64,000 nt of DNA from Bacteroidota bacterium (GTDB lineage: Bacteria; Bacteroidota; Bacteroidia; Sphingobacteriales; Sphingobacteriaceae), in NCBI GenBank assembly GCA_013286325.1, contig JABDFZ010000003.1:4021-68020 (forward strand). Direction: 5' to 3'. This document shows positions 19,895-28,770 of the stretch, one piece after another. Numbering within the stretch: the first letter of the stretch is position 1; every line of letters starts with the position of its first letter. Under the pieces are notes generated by a model. That model was not told where the DNA came from and searched no databases. It saw nothing but the letters and a program-made list of their open reading frames with translations. The position numbers and the translations under genes are program-made.

Positions 19895-20773
19895 TTAGAT
19901 TTCAAACAGGTGTTTTTCTGCATGATAAGATGAGCGCACCAATGGTCCGCTTTCTACGTATCTAAAACCTTTATCCAACCCAAATTGTTTGTACCTGTCG
20001 AATTGATCAGGATGAATCCAATCAATTACCGGATGGTGGTTACGTGTTGGTTGTAAGTATTGTCCTAAAGTAAGTATCTGTACCCCTGCAGTCAGCAGGT
20101 CATCCATGGCTTCTAAAACATCATCCTCAGTTTCACCAAGCCCCAGCATAATACCCGATTTGGTACGAAGACCGGCCTGTGAAACATGCTTTAAACACTC
20201 GAGGCTGCGGTCGTATTTTGCCTGGATTCGTACCTCGCGGGTTAAGCGCCTTACAGTTTCAAGGTTATGTGAAACCACTTCGGGCCTCGTTTCCAATACG
20301 CGTTCAAGGTTATCCCAAATACCCCTGAAATCGGGCAATAGGGTTTCTAAGGTAGTTCCCGGGCTTTCCCTGCGAATGGCATTAATAGTTTCAGCCCATA
20401 TAATTGAGCCGCCATCTTTCAAATCATCTCGGTCGACAGATGTGATCACGCAATGCTTTACCTGCATCAATTTAACCGAGTTGGCCACGCGGTTAGGTTC
20501 GTCCATGTCAACAGCTAACGGTCTGCCGGTGGCTACAGCACAAAATGAGCAGGAACGGGTACAAATATTACCCAGTATCATAAAAGTGGCTGTACCTGCA
20601 CCCCAGCACTCACCCATATTAGGGCAGTTGCCGCTCTCGCAAATGGTATGTAATTTATGCTCATCAACCAATCCGCGTACATGGGCATACTCCTTACCAA
20701 CAGGGAGTTTTACCCTAAGCCAATCTGGCTTGCGTTGTTGCTGGCTTACAGGAACTACAGGCAAATCAATCAT
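19895..20773 (-). CDS. lipA: Lipoyl synthase
   Basis: [30 protein letters not shown] radical-SAM motif, VRSSYHA. Confidence 0.98.
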   Translation of the reverse strand: MIDLPVVPVSQQQRKPDWLRVKLPVGKEYAHVRGLVDEHKLHTICESGNCPNMGECWGAGTATFMILGNICTRSCSFCAVATGRPLAVDMDEPNRVANSVKLMQVKHCVITSVDRDDLKDGGSIIWAETINAIRRESPGTTLETLLPDFRGIWDNLERVLETRPEVVSHNLETVRRLTREVRIQAKYDRSLECLKHVSQAGLRTKSGIMLGLGETEDDVLEAMDDLLTAGVQILTLGQYLQPTRNHHPVIDWIHPDQFDRYKQFGLDKGFRYVESGPLVRSSYHAEKHLFEI

Positions 20774-20793
20774 AGTTACAAAAGTATATAAAA

Positions 20794-20890
20794 GAGATTA
20801 GAGATTGGAGGTTAGAGATTAGGTTTTACGCAAAAATTAGATATTAGCTTATTGCTTTTCAACTAATCACTAATCACAAGCCTCTAATTA
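20794..20890. repeat. Inverted heptamer array (TTAGAGA/CTAATCA)
   Basis: GAGATTA GAGATTG GAGGTTA GAGATTA versus ACTAATC ACTAATC ACAAGCC TCTAATT. Confidence 0.65.
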
Positions 20891-21217
20891 ACTAATCACC
20901 GACATCGCTTCCTCAACCGATACTTCGCCATGCGAAAGGTCAAGTATGCACTCGCCATCTTTGATCATTAATAACTGAGGGGATTCGTGATGTACAAAAA
21001 AATCGGTTGCTACCTGATTTGATAGCTCACGGTATTTTATCAGGTCTAAAAAATAAAGCGGCAGATTTTGGGGCAGTTTATCCCAATCAAGCTCGAAACG
21101 CTTTTTTACCATCATGCTGATTGAGCAACGGGTACTATGCTTAAATATCACACTATAACCCGCACTGTTCTTTATAGTACTAATTTGGTCTGTCGACTCC
21201 AGCGATGTCCAATTCAT
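20888..21217 (-). CDS. ytxJ: Bacillithiol-system monothiol redoxin YtxJ (BrxC)
   Basis: IFKHSTRCSIS, YFLDLIKYRELSN, VHHESPQ, SH motifs. Confidence 0.92.
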   Translation of the reverse strand: MNWTSLESTDQISTIKNSAGYSVIFKHSTRCSISMMVKKRFELDWDKLPQNLPLYFLDLIKYRELSNQVATDFFVHHESPQLLMIKDGECILDLSHGEVSVEEAMSVIS

Positions 21218-21310
21218 AAATAATTATATGGAATGTATGCCTTACTTAACGCAAAACAATATAAAACTTGTTATGGTTTGAGGCAATTGATGAAAAATGA
21301 CATTCAACTG

Positions 21311-21421
21311 TTACCGTCCGCTTTTAGGGTAAGAACCATAAGCAGGGCACAGTTTATTAGAGCATGAAGCCATGCTGCCTAATACTAAAGCGATAATTGC
21401 TATGTAAATTACTTTTTTCAT
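21311..21421 (-). CDS. Unannotated 36-aa lipoprotein MKKVIYIAIIALVLGSMASC-SNKLCPAYGSYPKSGR
   Basis: Read by hand (below the ORF-track cutoff): basic N-terminus, hydrophobic core, lipobox MASC; co-oriented 29 nt after the ribH stop. Confidence 0.75.
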   Translation of the reverse strand: MKKVIYIAIIALVLGSMASCSNKLCPAYGSYPKSGR

Positions 21422-21450
21422 ATTTATTCGTCTTAGCTTTTAAACGAAAT

Positions 21451-21945
21451 TTAGCTATTTAAAGTTTCAGCAAGATACGCCATTTTTATGGCAGTTACAG
21501 CTCCCTCTACTCCTTTATTTCCATGTTTTCCGCCTGCCCGGTCTGTAGCCTGTTGTTGGTTATCAGTAGTTAATACACCAAATATAACCGGTTTGGCATA
21601 TTTTAAAGCAACATTAGTTAACCCATTGGCAACGGCATTGCAAATAAAGTCGAAATGCCTTGTTTCGCCCTGTATAACACAGCCGAGGCATATTACTGCA
21701 TCTAATTTACGGTTTTTTAATAAAAGATCAGCCCCGGTTGTTAATTCAAAACTGCCCGGAACCGAATAAGTGAAAATGTTTTGTGCCAAAGCGCCATGCT
21801 CCAAAAGGCTTTCATAAGCTCCCTGGTACAGCGCATTGGTAATGCCCGAATTCCATTCGGCAACAACTATCCCAAAATGATAGGGTGCTGCTGATGGTAC
21901 GTCGGTCTCAGAAAAATCAGATAAATTTTTAAGATGGGTCGCCAT
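21451..21945 (-). CDS. ribH: 6,7-dimethyl-8-ribityllumazine synthase
   Basis: IVVAEWN, VPGSFEL, LGCVIQGETRHFDFI, FGVLTTDN, HGNKGVE. Confidence 0.97.
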   Translation of the reverse strand: MATHLKNLSDFSETDVPSAAPYHFGIVVAEWNSGITNALYQGAYESLLEHGALAQNIFTYSVPGSFELTTGADLLLKNRKLDAVICLGCVIQGETRHFDFICNAVANGLTNVALKYAKPVIFGVLTTDNQQQATDRAGGKHGNKGVEGAVTAIKMAYLAETLNS

Positions 21946-21955
21946 AATTCCGGAA

Positions 21956-22633
21956 TTATAGTTTCGCTTCTGTGCGTGCTATATATTCGTCAATGTTCTG
22001 CGATTCTGCACTCTCCGGATAATCGCTCTTTATTTTTTTATAAGTTTCATCAGCCGATTTATTATCGTTCTGTGCCTCATAAACCAATCCAAGCTTTTTT
22101 AAATATAACGGAGTAAGGAACTTGTTATTTGCTTTATCAGCTGCCTTTTTAAAGTAAGTTGATGCTTTATCGTAATCTTTTAACTCAACATAAGCATCAG
22201 CAGTGCCTCCAAGGGCTTCGGCAGCAACCATGCTATCGTCACCACGGTAGTTGGTTAAATTATCAATGGCTTTGCGGTATTCGCCTTTATTTAAATAAGC
22301 AGTGCCTAAATAATAGTAAGCAAGGTTTGCTGATTTGGTATTGCTGTATTCGTCAATTATTTTTTCAAATCCAGGGTAACCGGCGTCGCCTTTTATAGCT
22401 TTATCCCATTCTTTTTTCTCCCAAAAATCCTGTGCAACATGCATCTGGTTTGATGCGGTAACTTCGCGTGGGGCTATATAAAATTTTTGATACGCTATAT
22501 AAACAATGATCATTGCTAAAATAGCGCCGACTATAAACGATAAACTTTTTTGATTCTCGCGCACAAACTTACCGGTTTGTCCAAAGCTCTTATCTTCTGT
22601 TACCACTTTGGTATTCGCCTGGGTTTTTGACAT
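21956..22633 (-). CDS. Membrane-anchored tetratricopeptide-repeat protein (YfgM-like)
   Basis: Single N-terminal TM, then TPR helices (AYYYLGTAYLNKGEY, LKKLGLVYE); usual neighbour of ribH in Bacteroidota. Confidence 0.85.
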   Translation of the reverse strand: MSKTQANTKVVTEDKSFGQTGKFVRENQKSLSFIVGAILAMIIVYIAYQKFYIAPREVTASNQMHVAQDFWEKKEWDKAIKGDAGYPGFEKIIDEYSNTKSANLAYYYLGTAYLNKGEYRKAIDNLTNYRGDDSMVAAEALGGTADAYVELKDYDKASTYFKKAADKANNKFLTPLYLKKLGLVYEAQNDNKSADETYKKIKSDYPESAESQNIDEYIARTEAKL

Positions 22634-22704
22634 TTCTATTCTAAAATTAAGTTTGCAAAAATACAGTTTTCAAAATCTTTATCAACACCTTTTAAATTAA
22701 TTAT

Positions 22705-22810
22705 TTAGAGGGTGAGGATTAGAGGTTAGTTGACTATAGATTAAGGCCTTGTAAAGCAGGAATAATGCATTTTAAACTAATCACTCATCTATAGTCTCTA
22801 ATCACTAACT
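22705..22810. repeat. Inverted heptamer array in the TPR/recF divergent spacer
   Basis: TTAGAGG..ATTAGAGGTTAGTTGACTATAGAT versus CTAATCACTCATCTATAGTCTCTAATCACTAAC. Confidence 0.6.
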
Positions 22811-22821
22811 TTACCCATTCT

Positions 22822-23922
22822 ATGTATTTACAGCAGTTATCGGTCATCAATTTTAAAAACTACGCTGAAGCAGGGCTAACTTTTAGCGATGGCGTTAATG
22901 TTTTTGCCGGGAATAACGGCGCAGGCAAAACCAATTTGCTGGATGCAATTCATTATCTGTCGTTATGTAAAAGTTATTTTAACCCTATTGATGGGCAGCA
23001 AATAAAACAAGGTGCCGATTTTTTTATTATCACAGGCAATTTTAACAAAAATGAAAACACCGAACATGTCGCCTGTTCGGTAAAGCGCAATCAGAAAAAA
23101 CAATTTAAACGGAACAAAAAGGATTATCAGCGCCTTGCCGATCATATTGGCCTGTTCCCACTGGTAATGGTTTCGCCTTATGATATTAGTATTATTATTG
23201 AGGGGAGTGATGAACGAAGGAAATTTATTGATAACGTGATATCGCAAACCGATAATCAGTACCTCGATGAATTGATGATATATAATAAGGTATTGGCTAA
23301 TCGTAATGCGCTTTTAAAACAGATTGCTGATACAGGACGTTACGACCCGGGATTATTAGAGGTGCTTGACGAGCAGTTAACCGTTTCGGGCAACCGCATT
23401 TTTGAAAAACGTAAGCTTTTTATGGAAAGCTTTACCGAAATATTTAATAAGCATTACGAGTTTTTAAGCGACAATGCGGAACAGGTTGAAATGGCCTACG
23501 AATCTCAATTATTGCAGGAGGATTTTACTACCCTGCTTAAACGCAATATTGAAAAAGACCGCGTACTTGAACGTACCAACTCAGGTATCCATAAAGATGA
23601 TCTTGTTTTTACGATTCATGGTATGCCCATGAAAAAATTTGGCTCGCAGGGGCAACAAAAATCATTTTTGATAGCTTTAAAATTAGCGCAGTATAGTTTT
23701 TTAAACCAGCAGAATGGCTTTAAGCCTATATTGCTGCTTGACGATATTTTTGATAAACTTGATGACCTGCGGGTTACCAAACTAATGCAAATGATATCGA
23801 ACCACGATTTTGGACAGGTTTTTATTACAGATACCAACGAAACCAGGGTTAACGGCATATTCAATAACTTAGGCATTGCAATTAAGCTGTTTAAAGTAAA
23901 AGGAGGAGAACTTGATGCGTAA
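22822..23922 (+). CDS. recF: DNA replication/repair protein RecF
   Basis: NFKNY, GNNGAGKTNLLDAI, GIHKDDL, GSQGQQKS, LLLDDIFDKLD. Confidence 0.97.
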   Translation: MYLQQLSVINFKNYAEAGLTFSDGVNVFAGNNGAGKTNLLDAIHYLSLCKSYFNPIDGQQIKQGADFFIITGNFNKNENTEHVACSVKRNQKKQFKRNKKDYQRLADHIGLFPLVMVSPYDISIIIEGSDERRKFIDNVISQTDNQYLDELMIYNKVLANRNALLKQIADTGRYDPGLLEVLDEQLTVSGNRIFEKRKLFMESFTEIFNKHYEFLSDNAEQVEMAYESQLLQEDFTTLLKRNIEKDRVLERTNSGIHKDDLVFTIHGMPMKKFGSQGQQKSFLIALKLAQYSFLNQQNGFKPILLLDDIFDKLDDLRVTKLMQMISNHDFGQVFITDTNETRVNGIFNNLGIAIKLFKVKGGELDA

Positions 23923-24205
23923 AGCCAACGATAAATCACTTAAGGAGGCCATTGAGCAAATGCTGAACGTTTATAAAATTAAACGTCGCTTTGATGAAAC
24001 ATCAGTTATAGCACACTGGCCCGAGCTGGTTGGCAAGCCCGTAGCCAACCGTACAAAAGAATTGTTCATCCACGATAAAAAATTATTCCTACGGGTTGAA
24101 TCGTCAGTAATAAAAAACGAACTAATGATGATGCGTGCGCAAATAATTGATAAAATAAACGAAGAGGCAAAAGGGATACTTGTTGAAGAAATTATTTTCC
24201 TCTAG
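23915..24205 (+). CDS. DUF721 / DciA family protein
   Basis: WPELVG..VANRT, SSVIKNELMM; overlaps the recF stop, a conserved synteny. Confidence 0.88.
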   Translation: MRKANDKSLKEAIEQMLNVYKIKRRFDETSVIAHWPELVGKPVANRTKELFIHDKKLFLRVESSVIKNELMMMRAQIIDKINEEAKGILVEEIIFL

Positions 24206-24389
24206 TCCACCGCGGAAAAAACGACCTGAAATTTAAATCGTCGCTCATTCTCGAAAAGGCCAAAATAAATAATCCCGGGAGTATAAAAGCAAGTTGTGCT
24301 TCGGGGTGTGTTCTGTAAAGTAGTATGGTGCCCGAAACTAATACTATGATAAGTAATAAATACAAAATATATTTAAGTAGTAATCTCAT
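24192..24389 (-). CDS. Small two-TM hypothetical membrane protein
   Basis: 65-aa ATG ORF with two hydrophobic segments; AT-rich 5' flank; convergent 14-bp overlap with the DUF721 gene. Confidence 0.4.
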   Translation of the reverse strand: MRLLLKYILYLLLIIVLVSGTILLYRTHPEAQLAFILPGLFILAFSRMSDDLNFRSFFPRWTRGK

Positions 24390-24528
24390 AATTTTTGTTT
24401 CAGTTTATAATTAAAGGGTGAGAACCGTAAGATACAGTTTCCCAAAACTTTATAAAAATATGCACTTCTTTTTTAAAATCAAAATAACAGGGTGTAATAT
24501 TTGCCATTACACCCTGTTTTTAAGCATA

Positions 24529-24948
24529 TTAGAACTTTTCGAATGCAGAAAAGAAGAAATTACCCTCAATTTCAGCATTTTCGGAAGAGTCAGAACCGTG
24601 AATGGCGTTAGCGCCAATCGATTCAGCAAATAAATTACGGATAGTACCTTTTTCAGCTTTTGACGGATCTGTAGCACCTATCAGTTTACGGAAATCTTCA
24701 ACAGCGTTGTCTTTTTCCAAAATTGCAGCTACAATAGGACCTGAAGACATAAATCCTACTAACTCACCATAAAAAGGGCGCTCTTTATGAACTCCGTAAA
24801 ATTTTCCGGCAGTTTGCTCAGTTAATGCAATGTATTTCATAGCATTAATTTTAAAGCCTGCTTTTATTATCTGATCTAAAATTGCACCAATGTGCCCGTT
24901 TGCAACAGCATCAGGCTTAATCATGGTAAATGTTTTATTATTACTCAT
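24529..24948 (-). CDS. ndk: Nucleoside-diphosphate kinase
   Basis: [37 protein letters not shown]. Confidence 0.98.
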   Translation of the reverse strand: MSNNKTFTMIKPDAVANGHIGAILDQIIKAGFKINAMKYIALTEQTAGKFYGVHKERPFYGELVGFMSSGPIVAAILEKDNAVEDFRKLIGATDPSKAEKGTIRNLFAESIGANAIHGSDSSENAEIEGNFFFSAFEKF

Positions 24949-24967
24949 CTTTATTTTTTGTTTTGCA

Positions 24968-25044
24968 GTTTATCGTTAATAGTTTATAGCCGTAAACCAA
25001 GCAATATCTGCTGCAACTACTATGAACCATCAACTATGAACTAG
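24968..25044. repeat. Inverted heptamer array (GTTTATA/CTATGAA type)
   Basis: GTTTATCGTTAATAGTTTATAG versus CTACTATGAACCATCAACTATGAACTAG. Confidence 0.55.
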
Positions 25045-25156
25045 TTTCCTTTTGCCGCAAAAGTAGCTTTTTACAATTAAAACATAAAGGCTTTTACATT
25101 AAATAAGGTGGTTGTATTTGATTTATTTATTTAGCTTTGCAACTCTTTTTTAAAAA

Positions 25157-26170
25157 TTGATGTTAGATATAGCCTCGCTTATAAAACTTTTAGCGCAGCC
25201 CAAAAAAATAGTAATTACTACTCATCACAAACCTGATGGTGATGCTATGGGGTCGTCTTTAGGTTTATATAACTACCTGATACAGCAAGGACATCATGCT
25301 AAGGCTATAACCCCTACAGATTATCCCGACTTTTTAAGCTGGTTACCTGGTAATGGTGAAGTTATTATTTATACCGACCATGTTGAAAAAGCTACAGACC
25401 TTATTGCCGGGGCTGATCTGATATTTTGCCTTGATTTTAATGCCCTTTCGCGTATTAATGAAATGGGCGAACTTGTTGGAGCAAGCAATGCGGTTAAAGT
25501 AATGATAGATCATCACCTGGAACCACAGGATTTTGATGATTACCGTTACTGGGATATAAATGCCTGCGCTACAGCACAGTTAATATATACGTTTATTGCT
25601 GAAGAGCTTAATAATAAAAAGCTTATTAATAAGGATGTGGCTACCTGTTTATATACAGGGATAATGACTGATTCAAAATCATTTTCATTGCCTAATACAA
25701 CATCTGCCGTACATCGCATAATAGCTGATCTGATTGATGCCGGAGCGGTAAATTGGTATATTTATGACCAGGTTTACAATAATTCGTCGGAAAACAGGTT
25801 ACGGTTTCTGGGCATTTGCTTATCTGAAAGATTAGAGGTTTTGCCTGAGTTTAATACAGCTATAATTACAGCAACTAAAGAAGACCTTGAAAAATACGAA
25901 GTAATTACCGGAGATACCGAAGGAATTGTTAACTATGCATTATCAATAACAGGTATCAGGCTGGCTGCATTTATTGTTGAAAGAACTGATAAAATAAAGC
26001 TATCATTGCGTTCGAAAGGCGAGTTTCCGGCTAATGATATTTGTAAAAAGTATTTTAGTGGCGGAGGGCATCGTAATGCTGCCGGCGGTATGTCCACTGA
26101 TAGCCTTGAACAAGTTGTAAATCAATTTAAACTAATATTACCTGAATATAAAAAACTATTAATACAATAA
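25157..26170 (+). CDS. nrnA: DHH-family nanoRNase / pAp phosphatase
   Basis: HHKPDGDAMGS, LDFN, IDHH, TGIMTD, SLRS, GGGHRNAAG. Confidence 0.92.
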   Translation: MMLDIASLIKLLAQPKKIVITTHHKPDGDAMGSSLGLYNYLIQQGHHAKAITPTDYPDFLSWLPGNGEVIIYTDHVEKATDLIAGADLIFCLDFNALSRINEMGELVGASNAVKVMIDHHLEPQDFDDYRYWDINACATAQLIYTFIAEELNNKKLINKDVATCLYTGIMTDSKSFSLPNTTSAVHRIIADLIDAGAVNWYIYDQVYNNSSENRLRFLGICLSERLEVLPEFNTAIITATKEDLEKYEVITGDTEGIVNYALSITGIRLAAFIVERTDKIKLSLRSKGEFPANDICKKYFSGGGHRNAAGGMSTDSLEQVVNQFKLILPEYKKLLIQ

Positions 26171-26172
26171 AA

Positions 26173-27150
26173 ATGAAAAAAAGACTGATGTTTTTGGCAC
26201 TTGCGGCGATTGGTTTGGCAAGCTGTAATGGTGGGTTTAATAAACTAAATGGAGGATTATTATATAAGATTGTTGATGACAAAAGTGGCCCGAGCATAAA
26301 AGAAGGCGATTTTATGTCATTCAACTTTATTATAAAAAATGATGCCGATTCTGTAATGCAAACCTCTTACGATGGTGGCAGCGCTATACAAAAAGTGATG
26401 ACTAAACCGGAAAATAAAGGTGATGTTTTTTCTGCATTTCCAATGCTTAGCGAAGGCGATAGCGCAATTATTAAAGTTAACATTGATTCGTTAACTAAAG
26501 GCAAACCAAGACAGCCGGGATTAAAAGGCAAATATGTTGTCTTTATCATTAAAATGGAAAAGGTTATAGCTAAAGGTAATCTTAGCGACCAGGTTTTTCA
26601 GGGTCGTTGCGAAGCTTATATGAAATCATTAGCAGACGCTGCCAAAGCAAAAGAACCTATTGCAATAAAAAAATACATTGCTGATAATAAGCTGAAAGTA
26701 ACTACTACAGCAACAGGTTTAAATTATGTAATTAACACCGAAGGAACAGGCCCTAAAGCTGTTGTTGGTGATACTGTTGTTGTAAATTATGTGGGCAAGT
26801 TTGTTACAGGCAAAGTTTTTGATACAGACATTAAAGCAGAAGCCATTAAAGGTAAATTGCCTATCAACCCGATGAATCCGTATAAACCAATCCGTTTTGC
26901 TATCGGCACACAAGGTATGATAGCTGCTTGGAACGAAGGCTTTCAGTTATTTAGCAAAGGCACTAAAGCTATTATGGTAGCTCCGTCAAGCCTTGCTTAT
27001 GGCGATAGGGCAAGTGGTATTATGCAACCATATACCCCGCTTGTATTTGACGTTGAGGTGGTTGATATTATTCACCCAAATCCAAATGCACCAAAACCGG
27101 TAGCGCCTGTTATGCCGGGTCAGCCTCAACAGCAACCCGTTAAAAAATAA
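26173..27150 (+). CDS. FKBP-type peptidyl-prolyl isomerase, lipoprotein
   Basis: Lipobox LASC; VNYVGKFVTGKVFD, IAAWNEG, PSSLAYG, LVFDVEV. Confidence 0.92.
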   Translation: MKKRLMFLALAAIGLASCNGGFNKLNGGLLYKIVDDKSGPSIKEGDFMSFNFIIKNDADSVMQTSYDGGSAIQKVMTKPENKGDVFSAFPMLSEGDSAIIKVNIDSLTKGKPRQPGLKGKYVVFIIKMEKVIAKGNLSDQVFQGRCEAYMKSLADAAKAKEPIAIKKYIADNKLKVTTTATGLNYVINTEGTGPKAVVGDTVVVNYVGKFVTGKVFDTDIKAEAIKGKLPINPMNPYKPIRFAIGTQGMIAAWNEGFQLFSKGTKAIMVAPSSLAYGDRASGIMQPYTPLVFDVEVVDIIHPNPNAPKPVAPVMPGQPQQQPVKK

Positions 27151-27165
27151 TATTTAATTTAATGT

Positions 27166-27195
27166 GCCTTCCCGCTAAAACGGGAAGGCTTTTTT
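27166..27195 (+). terminator. Intrinsic terminator between the two FKBP genes
   Basis: GCCTTCCCG-CTAAAA-CGGGAAGGC followed by T6. Confidence 0.75.
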
Positions 27196-27202
27196 ATTTA
27201 AG

Positions 27203-28165
27203 ATGAAATATATTTTATTTGTTTTGGCTTTAATACTGGCTGTTAAAGCCAATGCGCAAGGCGATGTGCAGCGTACCCCAAAAGGGGCGTCGTGCCAGAT
27301 ACTTACCCACAATACGGGTGAGAAAATTAAGCTGAATGATATCATAACGTTTCAGTATATCCAAAAAACTGATAAAGATTCAGTACTTTATAGTTCATAC
27401 GCTACCGGCCGTGTAGGGCAAACACAGGTAAAGGCTTCTGAAAATGTAGCTGACCTGATGGAAGTATTTCCGCTTTTAACAGTAAATGACAGCGCGTATG
27501 TAAAAGTTCCGACTGATTCTTTATTTAAGGGGCATGAGGAGGCCCGTCCGCCATTTTTCCCGAAAGGAAGTAATCTCGATTTTATTATTAAGATTATAAA
27601 AGTACAATCGCTGGACGAGGCAATTGCTGAAAGAAATGCCCAGATCGCTAAAATAAAAGACACTGAAACTTTAAATGCTGCAAAATATATTGCAGATCAC
27701 AAGCTTAATTTGCAAACAACTCCAAGCGGCTTAAAATATGTAATTACCCAGCCATCAGCAAAACCGAGACCTCAAAAAGGCGATACTTTGCTGGTAAATT
27801 ATGCAGGGCGTGGCTTGGATGATAAAGTTTTTGATTCCAGCATTGAGTCGATAGCAAAAACTGCTGGTTTGCAGCAGCCAGGCCGTACCTACGAACCTAT
27901 AGAAGTTATTGTTGGTGCAGCCCGTGTAATATCAGGTTGGGATGAAGGTTTACTTTTATTAAACGAGGGCTCAAAAGCCACATTTGTTATTCCTTCAAAC
28001 CTGGCTTATGGCGCACAAGGCCAGGGAGATATTCCGCCTTACAGCACATTGGTGTTTGATATAGAACTGGTGAAAGTTAAACCCATTAAACATCCGGTAG
28101 CTACTGTAAATAAAGCCCCGGTAAAAAAGCCGCTTCATAAAAAGAAAAGCACAGTAAAAAAATAA
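27203..28165 (+). CDS. FKBP-type peptidyl-prolyl isomerase, exported
   Basis: Signal peptide ANA-Q; VNYAG, VFDS, VISGWDEGL, IPSNLAYG, IPPYSTLVFDIELV. Confidence 0.93.
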   Translation: MKYILFVLALILAVKANAQGDVQRTPKGASCQILTHNTGEKIKLNDIITFQYIQKTDKDSVLYSSYATGRVGQTQVKASENVADLMEVFPLLTVNDSAYVKVPTDSLFKGHEEARPPFFPKGSNLDFIIKIIKVQSLDEAIAERNAQIAKIKDTETLNAAKYIADHKLNLQTTPSGLKYVITQPSAKPRPQKGDTLLVNYAGRGLDDKVFDSSIESIAKTAGLQQPGRTYEPIEVIVGAARVISGWDEGLLLLNEGSKATFVIPSNLAYGAQGQGDIPPYSTLVFDIELVKVKPIKHPVATVNKAPVKKPLHKKKSTVKK

Positions 28166-28168
28166 AGC

Positions 28169-28210
28169 AGAAACGCCCTCCGGAGATTCCGGAGGGCGTT
28201 TCTATTTTCT
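28169..28210 (+). terminator. Intrinsic terminator (perfect 16-bp stem)
   Basis: AGAAACGCCCTCCGGA-GAT-TCCGGAGGGCGTTTCT followed by ATTTTCT. Confidence 0.8.
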
Positions 28211-28467
28211 GCCATATTTATAAATGTTAAATAGTATGACATTTAACCATTTTCTAACCTAAGGAACAAACCAAATTGTTAAATTTCTGTTGAGTTAAGG
28301 ATCATACAATAATTTTTTTAATATCCGTTTTATTTGTTAGTTAAAATTGTTAACTATGTCCTTTAACAGCTGTCCCTAATTGTTGATTATCAGTTGTTAA
28401 TGTTACGTCGTTTTATCTATAGTATGATAGTATGATACTATAATATTAAAAACTAATTTTCAATACC

Positions 28468-28698
28468 ATGAAAAAACTAAAATTAAAAGCGCTCGAGTTT
28501 GGCGCTACAGAAATGCTTACGAGAAAGCAATTGAAAGATGTGCTGGGTGGTGATATCTCCCGTAGTACCGGGAGCGCGTTTGTAAAGTGCTGCGACCCGT
28601 CCGACCCCCTCGACCCTTTTAACTATACCAATTGTACTCAATGTTTCCCTATGGGCCTTGTACAGTGCACCGGCCAGCTTCAAACTATTTTTTGTTAA
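28468..28698 (+). CDS. Double-glycine-leader, Cys-rich peptide (RiPP/bacteriocin-like precursor)
   Basis: Leader MKKLKLKALEFGATEMLTRKQLKDVLGG of the Bacteroidota LT/SRxQLKxVxGG type; 48-aa core with 6 Cys. Confidence 0.75.
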   Translation: MKKLKLKALEFGATEMLTRKQLKDVLGGDISRSTGSAFVKCCDPSDPLDPFNYTNCTQCFPMGLVQCTGQLQTIFC

Positions 28699-28728
28699 TA
28701 AACAAGCCATCAGCCAGGAAAAATAATT

Positions 28729-28765
28729 GAAAGCCTCCGATACATCCGGGGGCTTTTCTATTTTT
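28729..28765 (+). terminator. Intrinsic terminator after the peptide gene; overlaps the tatD -7 box TATTTTTG
   Basis: AAAGCCTCCG-ATACATC-CGGGGGCTTT stem followed by a T-rich tail. Confidence 0.65.
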
Positions 28766-28770
28766 GTACC

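Noticed and set aside
19895-20773. Radical-SAM enzyme as the maturase for the Cys-rich peptide
   Set aside because: It is a canonical lipoyl synthase (CX4CX5C auxiliary cluster motif, RSSY), not a SPASM-domain maturase.
7258-21217. bshA and ytxJ as a bacillithiol gene cluster
   Set aside because: They are 12 kb apart with unrelated genes between; bacillithiol genes in Bacteroidota are already known.
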